From Eledone cirrhosa (Eukaryota): a stretch of DNA of 64,000 nt. Numbering within the stretch: position 1 is the stretch's first letter; every line of letters starts with the position of its first letter. This document shows, piece after piece, positions 39,539-53,176 of this stretch. The position numbers and the translations under genes are program-made. The stretch is taken from positions 250,914,001 through 250,978,000 of the forward strand of contig OZ024740.1 of assembly GCA_964016885.1 (NCBI GenBank), read 5' to 3'. Under the pieces are notes generated by a model, which was given only the letters and a program-made list of their open reading frames with translations, did no database searches and had not been told where the DNA came from.

Positions 39539-39835
39539 AGGCACATGGCCTATTGGTTAGGGTATTAGGCTCATGATCTTGTGGTCTTAGGTTCAATTTT
39601 CACATGGGTGGAGCATTGTGTTTGAGCTAAGTATTTCATTTCACATTGCTCTAGTTCAAACTAGAAAAAATGAGTACCAGCAACTGTGGAGGCAGGGATT
39701 AAACTTTTGTTGAACAGTGTCCTGTTCAGGGTGTAGTCATATTCTTTGTCACTTAATGCCACATGAAACCAGGATAAGCTCCTTTTAAGATACGCTGTGT
39801 CTGAAATATAGATGGGATGGTCATGGCTGAAACAC
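39539..39835 (+). mobile_element. Old tRNA-derived SINE (CORE-like)
   Basis: A-box-like tggcctattgg, B-box-like ggttcaatt; similar to 62477-62620. Confidence 0.55.
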
Positions 39836-40119
39836 CTTTGGTCATAAATCTACTCAGTCTGTCTAATGAACAGTGGTCATTAGGGTTAGAGTAGTTGCAA
39901 GCATGAACACTATTTCTCTTTATCATTATCATCATTGTAAAATTTTACATTTTTTTTAATGCTGGCATTGTCTCAGTGGGTCTCACATCTTACTACTTAT
40001 TACAGTCCTTTATCATCTAGGTGACACTGACCAACAGAGGAGACTGGTCAGTTTTATTATTGTTGATGATGATGATGTTATTGTAATTGAGCATTTTTAT
40101 GTAAAACCGATGAATTTCA

Positions 40120-40232
40120 TGCAGAATGCACACATTCAAGAGTTAAGCATGGTGGTGGCTATGTCATGGTTTGGGGATGCTGGTTTAAAAAATGAAAAGG
40201 CCATATATATAAAATCCAGAGCATCATGAACA
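40120..40232 (+). mobile_element. Tc1-like transposase fragment
   Basis: Translates to VKHGGGYVMVWGC, a Tc1 signature motif. Confidence 0.7.
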
Positions 40233-40305
40233 GACTATGCTGTAAAGTGATTGTTGACAGGAAGGACATCTAGCTGTAAAATCATGCATAAATAAAAACA
40301 TATAC

Positions 40306-40452
40306 AATAATTGTTTTTACTTTAGGCACAAGGCCAGCAATTACCCAATGCATTACTGGTACTTTATTTTATCGACCCCGTAAGGATGAAAGGCAAAGTC
40401 AACCTCGGCAGGATTTGAACTCAGATCGTCCCTTTACGATCTGAGTTCAAAT
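40306..40452 (-). mobile_element. SINE with Meta-like core and a folded-back 5' end
   Basis: Reverse complement of 37664-37768; ends in a 17-bp perfect hairpin. Confidence 0.8.
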
Positions 40453-40830
40453 GCTTAACTCTTGAATGTGTGCATTCTGCATGAAATTCATCGGTTTTAC
40501 AGAAAAATGTTCAATTACAATACCAACATCATCATCATTTTATGTTTAGATTTTTTATGCTTAAATGGGTTGAATAAGTGAAGCTCAGCATTTTGATCTC
40601 AGCTCTAACCACCTCTACCCAGGTTTTACTTGGTCATCCTCTACCTCTACTGCAGCTTCCTTTCACTGGTATCACCTGGCACCAAGCGTTCATCACATGC
40701 CCATACCAGCACAAACTGCTTCTCTTATACTCAGCTTTTCTCTCAGATCATCCAAGAGAGTATGCTCACTTCATTTCTCTCCAGCCTCCATATATCCTCA
40801 GCATTGTCTCATTTCCATAAATCATTACAC

Positions 40831-41892
40831 TTCATCATCATCGTTTTAACACCCACTTTTCTTTCTAGCAAGGGTTGGATAAGTCTACATAGACTAAGTC
40901 AGTACTGAAATGGAACTATTAGCCCCCCAAGCAGGTTAGGGATATGCATCTCACTTAGGTACAGTCTCACATTCTACCTTGTGCTTGTCTTTGACACAAA
41001 TGAAGGATCCTCCCAACCCTTTAATTGGAAAGCTTTCTACAGCTAGATGTCGTTCCTATCACCACCCACTTTACAGTGTGTACTGGGTGTGTTTATTGTG
41101 TAGATAACTAGCACTTCTAAAGAAAATTTTTCTGTTGTCAACAGAGGTTGTAGCTCTGTAAATTTTTTCCAGACTGTTCTTATTCTAGTTTCAGAATAAC
41201 CCATTCATGAAAAGAAAAGCAAACGTAAAATGATGATGATTGATGTTATTTTTATTGTTATTGTTGTTCTTTCTGTTGTAGTTATTGTCATTGTTATTAT
41301 TATTGTTGCAAGGATGGTGAATTAGCAGAATATTTAGTGTTGGACAATAACCCCAACCCTAATACTTAGGCCATTTGGTCCTGACTCTCTACAATATATA
41401 TTTCATCATATTGTTTTAACGTCCACTTTCCCTGCTAGCAAGGGGTGTATGTGTCTACATAAACCAAGTCAGTACTGATCTCCCTGACAAGCCAGGGACC
41501 TGTTGTCTTGCTTATGTATGGTTTCACATTCTACTGAGCATATGGGGAGGTTGTCATGCCCTTGACGTGACTGCTTTGGCAAGCTTTCTATGGCTGGATG
41601 CCCTTCCTATCACCAACCACTTTACAGTGTGTACTGGGTGCATTTATTGTGTAAATAATGAACACTACAGGGGTTGTCATGCTCTTGACATGACTGACAG
41701 GTCCTCCAAATCCTTTGTTTGGCAAGCTTTCTACGGCTGGATGTCCTTTCTATCACCAACCACTTTACAGCATCTACTGGGTGCATTTTCTAGGGAGGTT
41801 GTCATGTCATTAACATGACTGAAGGGTCCTCCCAACCCTTTCTTTGGCAAGCCCTCTATGGCTGGATGCTTTTCTCATCAGCAACCACTTCC
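40831..41892 (-). mobile_element. Two non-autonomous RTE-tail-derived elements with an internally repeated unit
   Basis: catcat..gttttaac termini at about 40833 and 41403; ggctggatgcccttcct..accaaccacttt unit recurs at about 41040, 41590, 41735 and 41860. Confidence 0.6.
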
Positions 41893-42463
41893 CAAAGGGG
41901 CAGCAGCTAGCAATGTGTGTGTAGGGAGTGGCATAGTAGGTGCGGTGAGGGAGGTGTTGAGGATAGCTGACACTGAGCAGTGGTGATATATATATTTATA
42001 TATATTAATATATATTTCAACCATTTTGATATTAGAATGTCCCTACTGTTTATATGCTATAAATACCATCTTTAAAATAGAAATGCTAGTTACATTACTC
42101 AATCTGCCCAAATTGATTATTTGCAAAATTATTTGAAAATCAGGTACATTTTTAAACCTTATATTTTTCCTAGTAGAGAACTCTGGAGATATTTTTACTG
42201 GTAAGACATGATTTTTTCAATTGTAAATATATGTGCTTTGTTCACCTTGTATATTCCAGCCAATTAATATTGAGCCCTTTGTAGTTACTATGTGTGTGTA
42301 TTATCAAGACAAAGTGAGTGCCAAATACTTTTGTAGGTATATGAGTCCATTAAAGCGTTTCATATTTATAAGGGAAAAATTGTTGCTGAAATCACCTTAT
42401 GTTGATTAGGCTACACACGTGCTTTTTGAATGCTATGCCTAAAAAATGCAAAAATTTACTTCA

Positions 42464-45400
42464 ACATTTCGCCCAAATCTCCTGAGATGCTATAAGCCGT
42501 GATGGCTACCCTCTCTCTCTCTCTCTAAGCCACCTATCCCCTACCTATTACCTCCCTTTCTCTTCCATCCATCCCTCACTCATCTTGAGATTTTTCACGA
42601 GATAAGAAACACTTGATTCTGAAAGGCTAAAATGAATCACTAGAACAAACTGCCATTCTTTACCTTTGTTCTCCCCATGCTGGCCAGTATGACTGTCTCT
42701 AACTGTCTCTATGAAGTCATCTATTCCCTTCGAAATCCTAACATTTCGCTTTGTCTAATATAGGTACTCGTATCGGTTTATTTTGCCCAAATCTCCCGAG
42801 ATGCTATAGGCCATGATGGCTACCTATCTCACAATTTCCCTCCCGCCCACCCCCAACAAACTCTGCCATTACTACTACTACTACTACTACTACTACTACC
42901 TTTCTCCTCGTCCTTCCCAGCCCCAACAAACCCTGCCATTATTACCACCACCACTGTCCTAGCCCTGAATTCTCTTACCGTTATGTATGGATGAGCTTAG
43001 AATAAATGGAGCAACCCCGAATTAATAAATGAAAATGAATATGAATCTGCGAGTTACCAAGCACCCATGAGAAGCTTTAATTCAGAGACAGGAAGCATAC
43101 ACACACACCCACAAAAAATTACCCTTTCCCACGAATGTTGGCAAATGCCCAAAACTCCAAGTTGGAACCATCAATGTAAGCACAATGAAAGGAAGAGCAG
43201 GAGAAATTGTAGAGATGCTAGAGTGAAAGGAAATTGATGTATGCTGTGTGCAAGAAACTAGATGGAGAGGAGAGTCTGCTAGAGTTCTTATAGGCAAAAG
43301 TCAGTGCTACAAATTTTTCTGGGTGGGAAGTTTACGGTGGGATGGGTGGTGTAGGTATCCTACTAACTGACAAATGGGTAAATAAGGTAATCTCAGTGAA
43401 CAGGGTGAATGCAAGAATCATTAAACTCAGAGTAGTCCTGAATAAAACAATTACCACAATAATATCAGCTTACGCACCTCAATCGGGGTTGCCAGACGAA
43501 CTTAAAGATAGGTTTTATGAGTCCCTAATGCACACTACGGCTCTAACAAACGACAATGACTTCCTAATCATTACAGGAGATTTTAACGGACACGTAGGTA
43601 AACACTGTGATGGCTTCTATAGAGTCCATGGAGGCCACGGGGTTGGCACAAGAAATGAAGAAGGCTTCAGGCTTCTAGAATTCTGCGACGCCAATGACAT
43701 GTCGATATGTAAGACAAACTTTAAAAAATCCGACAACCATCTGATCACCTATAGATCCGGGGAGCATTCTAGTCAGATAGATTTTATCCTGATCAGAGGG
43801 CGTGACAGATGGACGGTCATAAACACAAAAGCCTTCCCTAGTGAGGAATGTACCTCCCAACATAACTTAGTTGTCAGCGACCTCATGGTCAGAACTAGAC
43901 GAACCTGGAAACAGAAGCCAACCTGGAGAAGAAAGATCTGGAAGCTGAAAGACCCCTCAGCCAGTAACAGATTTAAAGATATCTTACTCAACGCTTATGA
44001 CAGTAAAGAAGAACAGATAGAGACATTCAATGTAGAACAGCATTGGGAATTCCTAAAAAATAATTTACTAAAGGCGACGGATGAGATCTGTGGCTGGAGT
44101 AAGACCACAGGCAGGAGGAGAGTGACTTGGTGGTGGAATAAGGTAGATGAGGCAGTTAAGGCCAAGAGACAGGCATGGAAAGAATGGAAGAACGGGGGAA
44201 GCAGGGTACATTACATAGAGACCTAGAGGGAAGCTAGGCGACAAGTATACTTAGCTAGGAGGGAAGTGGAGGATAGAAAATTCAAGCATGTTTTGCAACG
44301 TGAGGACCAGAAACAGGAGGTGTTCAAGATTGCGAGGCAGTGTGTCAGAGAGAATTGTGATGTCATTGGAGAGAAGTGTATCCAGAATGATAAAGGTGAG
44401 CTTGCCCTCACAAGTGCTGAGAAGAAAGATGGGAGGAAGAGCCATTATGAAAAATTACTAAATGAGGAGAATGCATGGGAAAAAGAGACCCTACCCCAAG
44501 TAGACCCTATAGAGGGGCCAGCAGAACAAGTCAACAGCAGCGTAGTAAGTAAGGCAATCAAAGATATGCAGACGGGGAAGGCAACCAGTCAATCGGGTAT
44601 AGCTGCCGAGATGCTGAAGGCATCTGGGTTGGTAGGTCACACCATAACCACACGCATAGTTAACCAGGTAATACTAGAAGGTGTCATACCAAATGATTGG
44701 TGCAGCAGCATCATTGTCAACTGCTACAAAGGTAAAGGTGATGCACTAGATAGAGGAAACTATAGAGGTATAAAGTTGATGGACCAGGTCATGAAAGTAA
44801 CAGAAAGAGTTATAGCACAGTTAATTAGGGACCGGGTGAATCTAGATGAGATGCAATTTGGGTTTGTGCCAGGAAGAGGAACTACTGATGCCCTCAAACT
44901 TGTAAGGCAGTTACAGGAAAAGTACCTAGCTAAAAGTAAGCCGCTGTGGCATTCATCGATCTCAAGAAAGCCTTTGACAGAGTTCCCCGTGCTATAATCT
45001 GGTGGGCTCTTAGAAAACTAGGAGTAGATGAATGGCTGTACAAGCCATGTATAGGGGAACAGGCAGCAAAGTTAGGATTAGCAATGACTATAGCAAGGAA
45101 TTTAGCATACAGGTCGGTGTGCACCAGGGCTCTGTTCTTAGCCCTCTCCTGTTTTGCAGGCAATAACGGAGGAGTTTAAGACCAGATGCCCATGGGAACT
45201 CCTGTATGCAGATGACCACGCACTTATAGGTGAATCTATGGTAGAAATAGAGAAGAAATTCCAAACTTGGAAGCAGGGACTAGAAAGAAAGGGTCTCAAA
45301 GTCAACCTGACAAAGACTAAGGTCCTTGTATGTAGACGAAAAAACAGAACCCAGATCCCCTCAGGGAAATGGCCTTGCTCAGTATGTAGGAAAGGTGTAG

Positions 45401-46374
45401 GTAGGAACTCCATTCTCTGCCCCAAATGAAAACAATGGGTACACAAGAGATGTAGCGGGATCTCAGGAAGCTTAACTAAGAATGTAGGCTTCACATGTAG
45501 CAGCTGTGCTGGGACAGCAAGCAGCAAACAGCCACAGGAAACAAGTACCACCAAACTCTGGGAGGGCTCTGTAGAAACAGTAGACAGCTTCTGCTACCTA
45601 GGTGACTGAATTAGCAGTGGAGGTGGGTGTTCAGAAAGTACAATAACTAGGGTAAGAACGGGATGGAAGAAGTTCAGGGAGCTACTGCCACTGCTAGCTG
45701 CAAAAGGCTTTTCCCTCAAAATGAAAGGCAGACTGGATGATGTATGCATACGAACAACAATGATACATGGTAGTGAGACCTGGGCGCTGTCTGTGGAAGA
45801 CTTGCATAGATTAGAAAGAAACGAAGCCTGCATGCTCCGATGGATATGTAATAGTAATATACGCGAACGGCAAAGTATAAACGAATTGAGAGAAAGACTG
45901 AGCATAAGAGGAATTCAAATGGTGTGTGCAGGAGAGGCGGTTGTGTTGGTATGGACATGTGATGCATATGAAGGATGACAGCTGCATAAAACGGGGCAGA
46001 GCACTAGAAGTCAATAGAAACTGCAGAGTGGGGAGACCCAAGAAGAACTGGGATGAGGTGATAAAAGCCGACCTTACCCAACTACACCTCTCAAAGGTGA
46101 TGACACATGAGCGTGACCTCTGGCATCACGCAGTAATACAGAAGACCCGACCCCCTACGGGTACAAGCCGAAGCTGAAGCATATAGACAATATGCACCCA
46201 GCACTCACTGTAAATGAGGATGGTGTTAGGAAGGGCATCCAGCTGTAGAAATCAAGCCAGAATCAGTTCCCGTATGAGCAAGGCATGGTTAGCCGACCGG
46301 CTACTGCCCACAACAGGACAACCCATCTAACCTATGCTAGCGTGGAAGAACGGACGTAAAACAGTGATGATGCT
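42464..46374 (+). mobile_element. Near full-length RTE-clade LINE (APE plus RT), disrupted; 5' boundary uncertain
   Basis: GTINV, CVQETRW, SAYAPQ, GDFNGHVG, QIDFIL; NYRGIKL, QFGF, DLKKAFDRVP, LYADD; tail ..cgtaaaacagtgatgatg. Confidence 0.9.
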
Positions 46375-46674
46375 GATTTGTTAATTGTAACCAGGCTGCA
46401 TTGTCTATTTATCCTAAATAAAAAAAATGAACGATAAACTAATTATATGGAGATAATTTTACATCAGTAATTTGTTTTCATTGTTCGTACAAAGAAGTAT
46501 TTTGTATTGTTGTTGAGGTATGATTTTTTATATATTTTCTTTTTTTTTTTGATAATACAAGAATGAATTAACAATAAGAATCAAAAGCAACGTTGGTTCA
46601 GTGTTGGTTTTGTAAGTGAGTAGTAAACACAGTGGTTTTCGTTTTTATAAAGAATGTATAGAAAATAAAAGAAT

Positions 46675-46930
46675 TGAAACCAGAAAGGCCATTTGGCTGC
46701 TTGAACAAAAACTGGAGAGGCAGTTACCTCAGACTCAACACCTCTTCAAACAACAAGTGTTTAAGGACTGAAAAAAAAAAATTAAGGATGACTGGCAAAA
46801 TAATTGCAAAGCATAAGATTTCAGAAGGTGATCGCAAGGAATCTTTTGATATTCCAAGTGAGGATATTCTTGAAGAAAAGCATGACCATCTGAATACAAA
46901 GTGAGAAGATTGGATATCTTTATTCATGGC
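46675..46930 (+). mobile_element. Possible DNA-transposase N-terminal relic (Sola2-like)
   Basis: ETRKAIWLL..LP and FDIPSEDIL..EDWIF resemble such proteins from memory; weak. Confidence 0.25.
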
Positions 46931-47104
46931 TAGTGTTGATGCAGAACATGTGACAACCATTCTGATGAGTGAACTGATACATCCAAGAGGATTGGTATGG
47001 GTGATCTTAGAAACTTCCCTACAAAATATCTGGACCATCGAAATACTAAGCAAACATCAAGTTCTAGAAAATCAAACTTTCCAGTTGTTGTCTTCCTGTT
47101 TCTT

Positions 47105-49036
47105 CTACAACAACTACAACGGTACGCGATGGGACCCACTCACAGCCCCGGCGGACAGAATGGAGAAGGTGTTTCCCTGGAGGACGGCGAGAGAGATGCG
47201 CTGGAAGAGCCACTCCAACTCGCGGGGCTCACACCTGCGGCTGGCCAGCTAAGCGCCTATGGTGGTGAGTAAGGGGGTAGCCCTGGGGCCGAGGACACCA
47301 GAAGTCTCCACTGCCAGAGGTACGACTGCAAACCTGTCGGAGAGCGACCGGTATTTCAGGAGTTTGGCCCCCTCAGCCCAACGTGCAGCAGAACCTGGGT
47401 CAGTCGCAGACTGCACCAGGTTGTGGCTGCAGAAAGTGTCGGTGCAAGTGGCATCCCAGACGAGGGGTTTGCCACCGCGGAACGGGAAGATGCTCATGCC
47501 ATCTAGCCTTTTGCCATCCCCTCGATCCAGCCCCACTGGCTCGAGCTGGGAAGCGAAGCCTGCAGCATCCAATCCATGCTTAATGAGGGCAGTATGGCAT
47601 GGAATGCGGCTGGCACTGTGGCGACAGGAAAGCAGGTGGAGGCCGAAAGAGTCCACGGTGGGACCGCAGCAGATCTGTGGCTGGCAGATCCGGAGGCCGA
47701 GCCTCAGGGCAACGCCGATGCACAGGCTATGGTTGTCTAGCTGCATGCCAGTGGAGGAGGGCAGGGCATGGAGCCAGGCACCACTGTGGGGTTTGGAGGC
47801 TGCACGAAAACAAGCAAGGCGGTGCTAGTCGAGCTGGCGCATGAGCCTGTCTGAGGCCAGGCTGCACTGGATGGCATCCCAAGTGCGTTGGGGGGGGGGA
47901 CTTGATGTCAACAGGGGGAGGAGGAGGGACGTCTATTGGGCTAAGTCCCAGCCGATCCCACGTCTCACAGGCGGCCTCACGTTCTCTGAAAACAGAGGGT
48001 TCTGTTGCGTTTTGAAGAACCCTGCTGACAAGGACACGGCACGAGGTTACCGACGAAAGATACGCCGGCAAAGCTAGTGAGATCAGGGACCGGAGGCCAA
48101 GGCCAACATACCTGACAGGTAAAGTGGCCTGTTGCCACCCTATGTCATCAAACTTGACATTGCATATCTCCTCGGCTGCTGCTCGGATACAAGTATCGAG
48201 GTCAGCGAGGAGAGATATCTGGGTGTAGCATGGAGCGCTGCGGATGTACAGAGGAGCGTCGGCATGGTGAAGCAGTTCTTCAGCAGAAAGAGAACTGGGT
48301 GGCCGTCAATCAAGCCCAGTCGGCTCGTGAGAGTCTGGAGCTGTTGAAGCCTGGACCTGATGGTGGAGCGGATGGCCGGCGGGTGGATCGGTGACCCGAG
48401 GATGAGGACATCCTCTTTGGGGGTCACTTGAACCTGGCGGAGAATGGACTGCACATCCAAGACGGAGGCTGCAAAGCTCGCAGCATCGAGGCTGACATTC
48501 ACCACCTCCGACTTGGCCGAGTTGACCTGGAGGCCGATTCCTGCCAGGGCAGGAACCACCGATTGAAGGTCACGGCAGACCGTCCGCACGGGCCCGCCCA
48601 ACGTAGCATCATCCAGATACCAAACGTTGAGAGGGGGCGTGATACTCCAGGTGATGTGGTCAATACCAAGGGCGAACAGGAGGGGTCCCAAAGGGTCGCC
48701 CTTTTGGACCCCAGAAGCCGAGGGTATGACCGTATCAGCAGCAGTGAGCATGCTCGGCGCTCCATACGACAGGTAGGCCAGTGGGTAGGCAGGGAGGGCT
48801 CGGCTGAGGCAGGCCTCGAGCAGATGATCCCGGCGTAAAGAGTTGAAGGCATTCCTCATGTCAAGCTTGACAATGAGGTGCCTGGAGTCCCTGGATGCCG
48901 ATTCCGATGGGCAGTTGTTGAAGAACTGCCTGGTTGCATGAGCCACCGGACACGCCGACACCCAGTTGCACTGGACTAAACTCCTCGCCCAGTTCATGTG
49001 TTACGGACTTGCAGATCACCTTGGCAGCCAAGAGAT
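47105..49036 (-). mobile_element. CRE-clade non-LTR retrotransposon, 5'-truncated (RT plus RLE), GC-rich
   Basis: QLGVG, KLDMRNAFNS, GVQKGDPLGPLLF, WYLDD, HLLSC, EPVGLDRGDGKRLDG, LVWDATC, PLAVETSG, FQRISLAVLQGN; stop at 47114. Confidence 0.85.
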
Positions 49037-49448
49037 GTATAAAGAGTAAAAGTGCAGGGAGGAGATAAATGGTATAAAAAAAGGAGTGGGGATTTATTGA
49101 ATGGCCAGGAAAAAGAGACAACGATAAGCCCAGTATTGAAATATTGTTTGTTTGGTTGCTTCTCAGCAGCAGAACATCCAGTGTTGAACTAACGTTTGTT
49201 CATATTAATTCATTGTTTTCATAGTCCACTAATGAAATATCATTAGAATCACTTTGAGATAATGTTTTCCCTTGAAGCCTTCCCAAATGCAGTACATCTT
49301 GTTGAAATAACAACTATTTAAAAAAATTGATTTGAAATCCTTTGGATGCAGTCAATCATCATCATCATCATCGGTTTTTCTATGCTTCTATGTGTTGGAT
49401 GGGACCTTCTCTCTCTCTACACACACACATATGTATGTATATACACAT

Positions 49449-51776
49449 TGTGGTGAGGAAGCGGATAGACCTACATGGCTCTCCACATGAGTCCCGATTG
49501 AATGTGCAGATGTTCACCTGCCATACGTCTGGTCAAGAAATGCAGTCCCTCATACACAATCACAACACATCCACATCATGGTACCACATTCTGATAGAAG
49601 AGGAAGCGATGGGTGCATGAACCCTGATGTGATATCATTGGTCCCTCACTTCCAGCAAGACCTCCCCTGCACTTCTGGCACCTATTCCCTTTTCTGCACA
49701 CTCTGGCTTCCATTCAGGCTTTCTTCACTCTGGTTAGGATGTCCGTCCTATTTTTCTCTGAGGGCACAAAGACCACGCTCAACTTCAGGCCAAACTCAGC
49801 AGCCAGCTCACTCAGTTACTTTATTAGCATTTTTGCTGCCCCTCCTCTCACTGGTTAGCACTGATCTCACCCATCCAAGTCCAGTGGCTGACTCAGTACA
49901 AATTTCTAGCATGATTCACTCATCCAATTCGGCCACGTTGATGTGGTTACAGTCCTCCTTCCTGTGTCATTGACTCAACAACCCCTATTTCCAGAGTGAC
50001 GCCTAGCACTATGCTGCTGACATCGCACTATACAGTCGCGTTCTCTGATTTGGGTAAGTACCAGCTTCCTCTTACTGGGTTATCCACCTTTACCCTCTCT
50101 ATGATCTCCCACATCATAGCCACCGTCCTCTCTCCTACCCTGTCTCCCCAGCTCACCCAGTCCGCTGTTCTCTTGACATAGCCGGATGCTGTTTGGAGCC
50201 ACCCTGCAATTTCCCATGTATTGAGAAAAGTTCTCCTGTTCACGTCGGTGCCCAGTTCTGGAATTTCATTTCACCTCTCTTGTCCCTTCGCAGCTTGAGT
50301 ACCAGTGCAGCTTTTCCTTCCATCTCCTCAGTTAACCCAAACCTTCCAAGGTGGCTTGAGACCACTGCTGCTGGTACCACAAACTCATTTACCAAGATAT
50401 CACCAATGTAGGAATTAGTGGCCCTCTTCTCCTTGTCCATGTTCCCCAGAATGGCCTTGAGAACCTTCACCATATTCTTTGATACTGCACTCAATCCAAA
50501 CCCCAGCCTGGTCAGCTGATACTTCCACAGTTTCTCAGTTAGGTGTAGCTGTAGATATATCGATTTTAAGTCGACAATCAGGGAGGCCCTCATCATTTGT
50601 CTCCACTCTTGCAAGGTTCCCCCACAGACATCTGTGACCTCGCCACCTGTGTGGCATGGTGTGTTCATTCAGTTCATGAAAGTCCAGCACAGGTCTGACC
50701 TTGTTCTTCATTAATCACACTAATGCCATTAACAGCAACACTCCACTCTTTCTTCCCCCCTTCAATATGCCCTCCTCAATCCATCTTTGCACCTCTCCCT
50801 CAAACGCGTTTCTAGCATCCCTTCCAAGGTATGCTGTTAGCAGCTCACTCTGTTCAACGTTGGAGCTCTCTTTTCCAGTACTGCTCAACTACCCACCTCT
50901 GACCATCGAACACAGCCCTGAAATCCTTGCCTTGCTCACTCACGGCGCAGTGTTCCCGCACTAACAAACATTAACCCAACCTCACTCACTATAATGCCTC
51001 CAAAGCAGTCAATCGTGTCCATGCTCATTACCACATCAATGCTGTTCACCACAGACTCTGAACGCCCGCAGCCAATCATTCATAGGGGCTCTTCACTCAT
51101 TGTTCGTCAAATTGCTGCTGAATATAGGCTCCTGTCACTGCAACATTACGCTCAATGCCTCATGTCACAACGTGGATCATTTTCTTGTTGCCCAGCAACT
51201 GTTGGAGCCTCACCAAAATGTCATCGGAGAAACCATTCACTAACGCCATCTGCACAACCCTTTCGAGATTCTCTCTTGTGAATTTGGCTAGTGTAGCCAA
51301 CCTCCATATTTCTGCCACAAATACATCTACCTGCTTCCCCGACCATTTCATTTTGCCTAGCTTGGCGAAAGCAGCATAAGGTCCTTCAGTGAATGCTTAC
51401 TTAAGCTGTTGCTCTATTTTCTCAGTCTATTTCGAGTTGTCATGTTAATGTGTGCCTTGCAGTGAAACGACCAATTTAATCTTTCTTTGACTGCCTTGCT
51501 TCCTATTCTTATTTTCAATGCCATATCATCTGTGACATTGGAGAAAGTAAATAACAATAACAAAACAAAAAAAAATGGTGTTGAAAATAGCTCATGGTGA
51601 GGAAACGAACGGACCTACCTTGCATCTATACTGGAGTCTGGACTGAATGTCCCTGTCTTACGTATACACTCACAGCATGTCCACATGATACTGCATCCTG
51701 ATGAATGAAGCGACAGATGCGTGAACCCTGAGGGGACGTCACTGGTCCTTCGCTTCTGACACCGTAGCCTCACACA
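49449..51776 (-). mobile_element. Decayed, internally deleted Gypsy-like LTR retrotransposon
   Basis: Diverged direct repeats at about 49451-49652 and 51595-51756; termini TGTGGTGAGG..CCTCACACA; RT (VDLKSIYLQ, LGFGL, YIGDILV); RNase H (CDVSS, HINVAELD); gag-like remnant. Confidence 0.75.
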
Positions 51777-51799
51777 TATACATATAGTAATTGTAATAA

Positions 51800-53165
51800 T
51801 CTTGCATTTTTAGTGGGGTAACAACTAAACTATATCTATGATAGACAGAGACTTATGTGATAAGAAATTTCATTTAAATAATTTGTTAGGTCTTTGTTTT
51901 TTTCAATAAAGAAAATTTTTTGTATTTCTTCTTCTGATAGATTGTCTGAAAGTGTTACTGAGCTTACTGTGCTAATTATATTTAAAGGTTCGCTTCGTAA
52001 TTCCTTTGATCTTTTTTTTACATGTATTGCACGTTGTCTCAAGATAATCTCTAGGTTGGTTGTCTTTAGTTTAAAAGTAATTTTCTTACATTTTCTTGCA
52101 GAGTCATTTCAGATCACACTGGATGAGTGGGTAATGGGAGACAGAAATAGTCATTTAAAGTGTTTCTTTATTCAAAGTTAAAAAATATTGATGGTTACAT
52201 AAATATGAAAAAGATAAAAACAAAATTAAGTAATGAGAAAAAGGGGATGGGGTAAAGGGCAGATCTGGCTGTATGGGAAAGTTGAGGAAAGGATTATAAA
52301 TGCCATGAGGAAAAAAGCAAGGACTCTTGGGCCACAGAAGAAAGGATAGGGGAAGGGAAGGGGGTGATGGGCTTGGAGCCTAGAGTGGACAAAGATTGTT
52401 TTCATCATTACAGCTCTAATAAAAATTTCTTAATCTATTAGAAGTTATGTAGGTTACAAACATTATGTTTACATCCAGCAAATGTATCTTGATATATTAT
52501 ACTTGAATCTTTATGTAATCTTTATTGTAAATATCCCAGGCCGTTAGTTTAATAGCTGGATGGTTGTTTAGTTGTTGATTGTCAAAGCTCTTTTGTCACA
52601 CATTCTGTGACCTCCTTTATTTTGTTCTGCTCTGAGCTGTGTACTTGGGCAGCACATGCATTATATACAGGTTTATATGTGTGTGTATTTGTTTATTTAC
52701 TTGTCACTAGTTGGTTGCTTGTTCTATCTGTGTCTCTGTATGTTTTTAGTAACTAGTTGTGATGTTGTTATTTCACTCTTGCTTTCTGTTTAGTTTTGGT
52801 TGGAGTTTGTTTATGTTTGTCGCTTCTGTAATCTGTCGGAATATTGCGTCTGCTCTGTGTAGATATGATTTTTATCTCAATGTTCTTTAGTGTGCCTCCA
52901 TGATCCATTCTGGCATGATGGAGTACTGATGAGTTCTCGCCAGTGTTCATTTAACCTATCTCCTATGTAAGTCGTGTTCCTATTCCTACAATGTTCTTCC
53001 ATACATCTTATGCTTTGTACTACATCCCGTTTTGCAGTTAATTTGTGGGCTTAATTTGCAAACTATATATTTTCTATCAATGTAGGGGGTTTTCTCAAAA
53101 GGTATGTTCTACTAATTAGGGCTTTTATAGGAATTCCTTTATGTATGTCTGCGTTCAGAATGACA
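51800..53165 (-). mobile_element. Penelope-like element relic (GIY-YIG C-terminus, 3' UTR, possible restart of the ORF)
   Basis: Minus strand about 53030-52930 reads DVVQSIRCMEEHCRNRNTTYIGDRLNEH. Confidence 0.55.
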
Positions 53166-53176
53166 CAGTGTATCAT

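Noticed and set aside
46960-47015. CTGATGA hammerhead core
   Set aside because: Stem II does not close onto a GAAA; the same applies at about 51698 and 62939.
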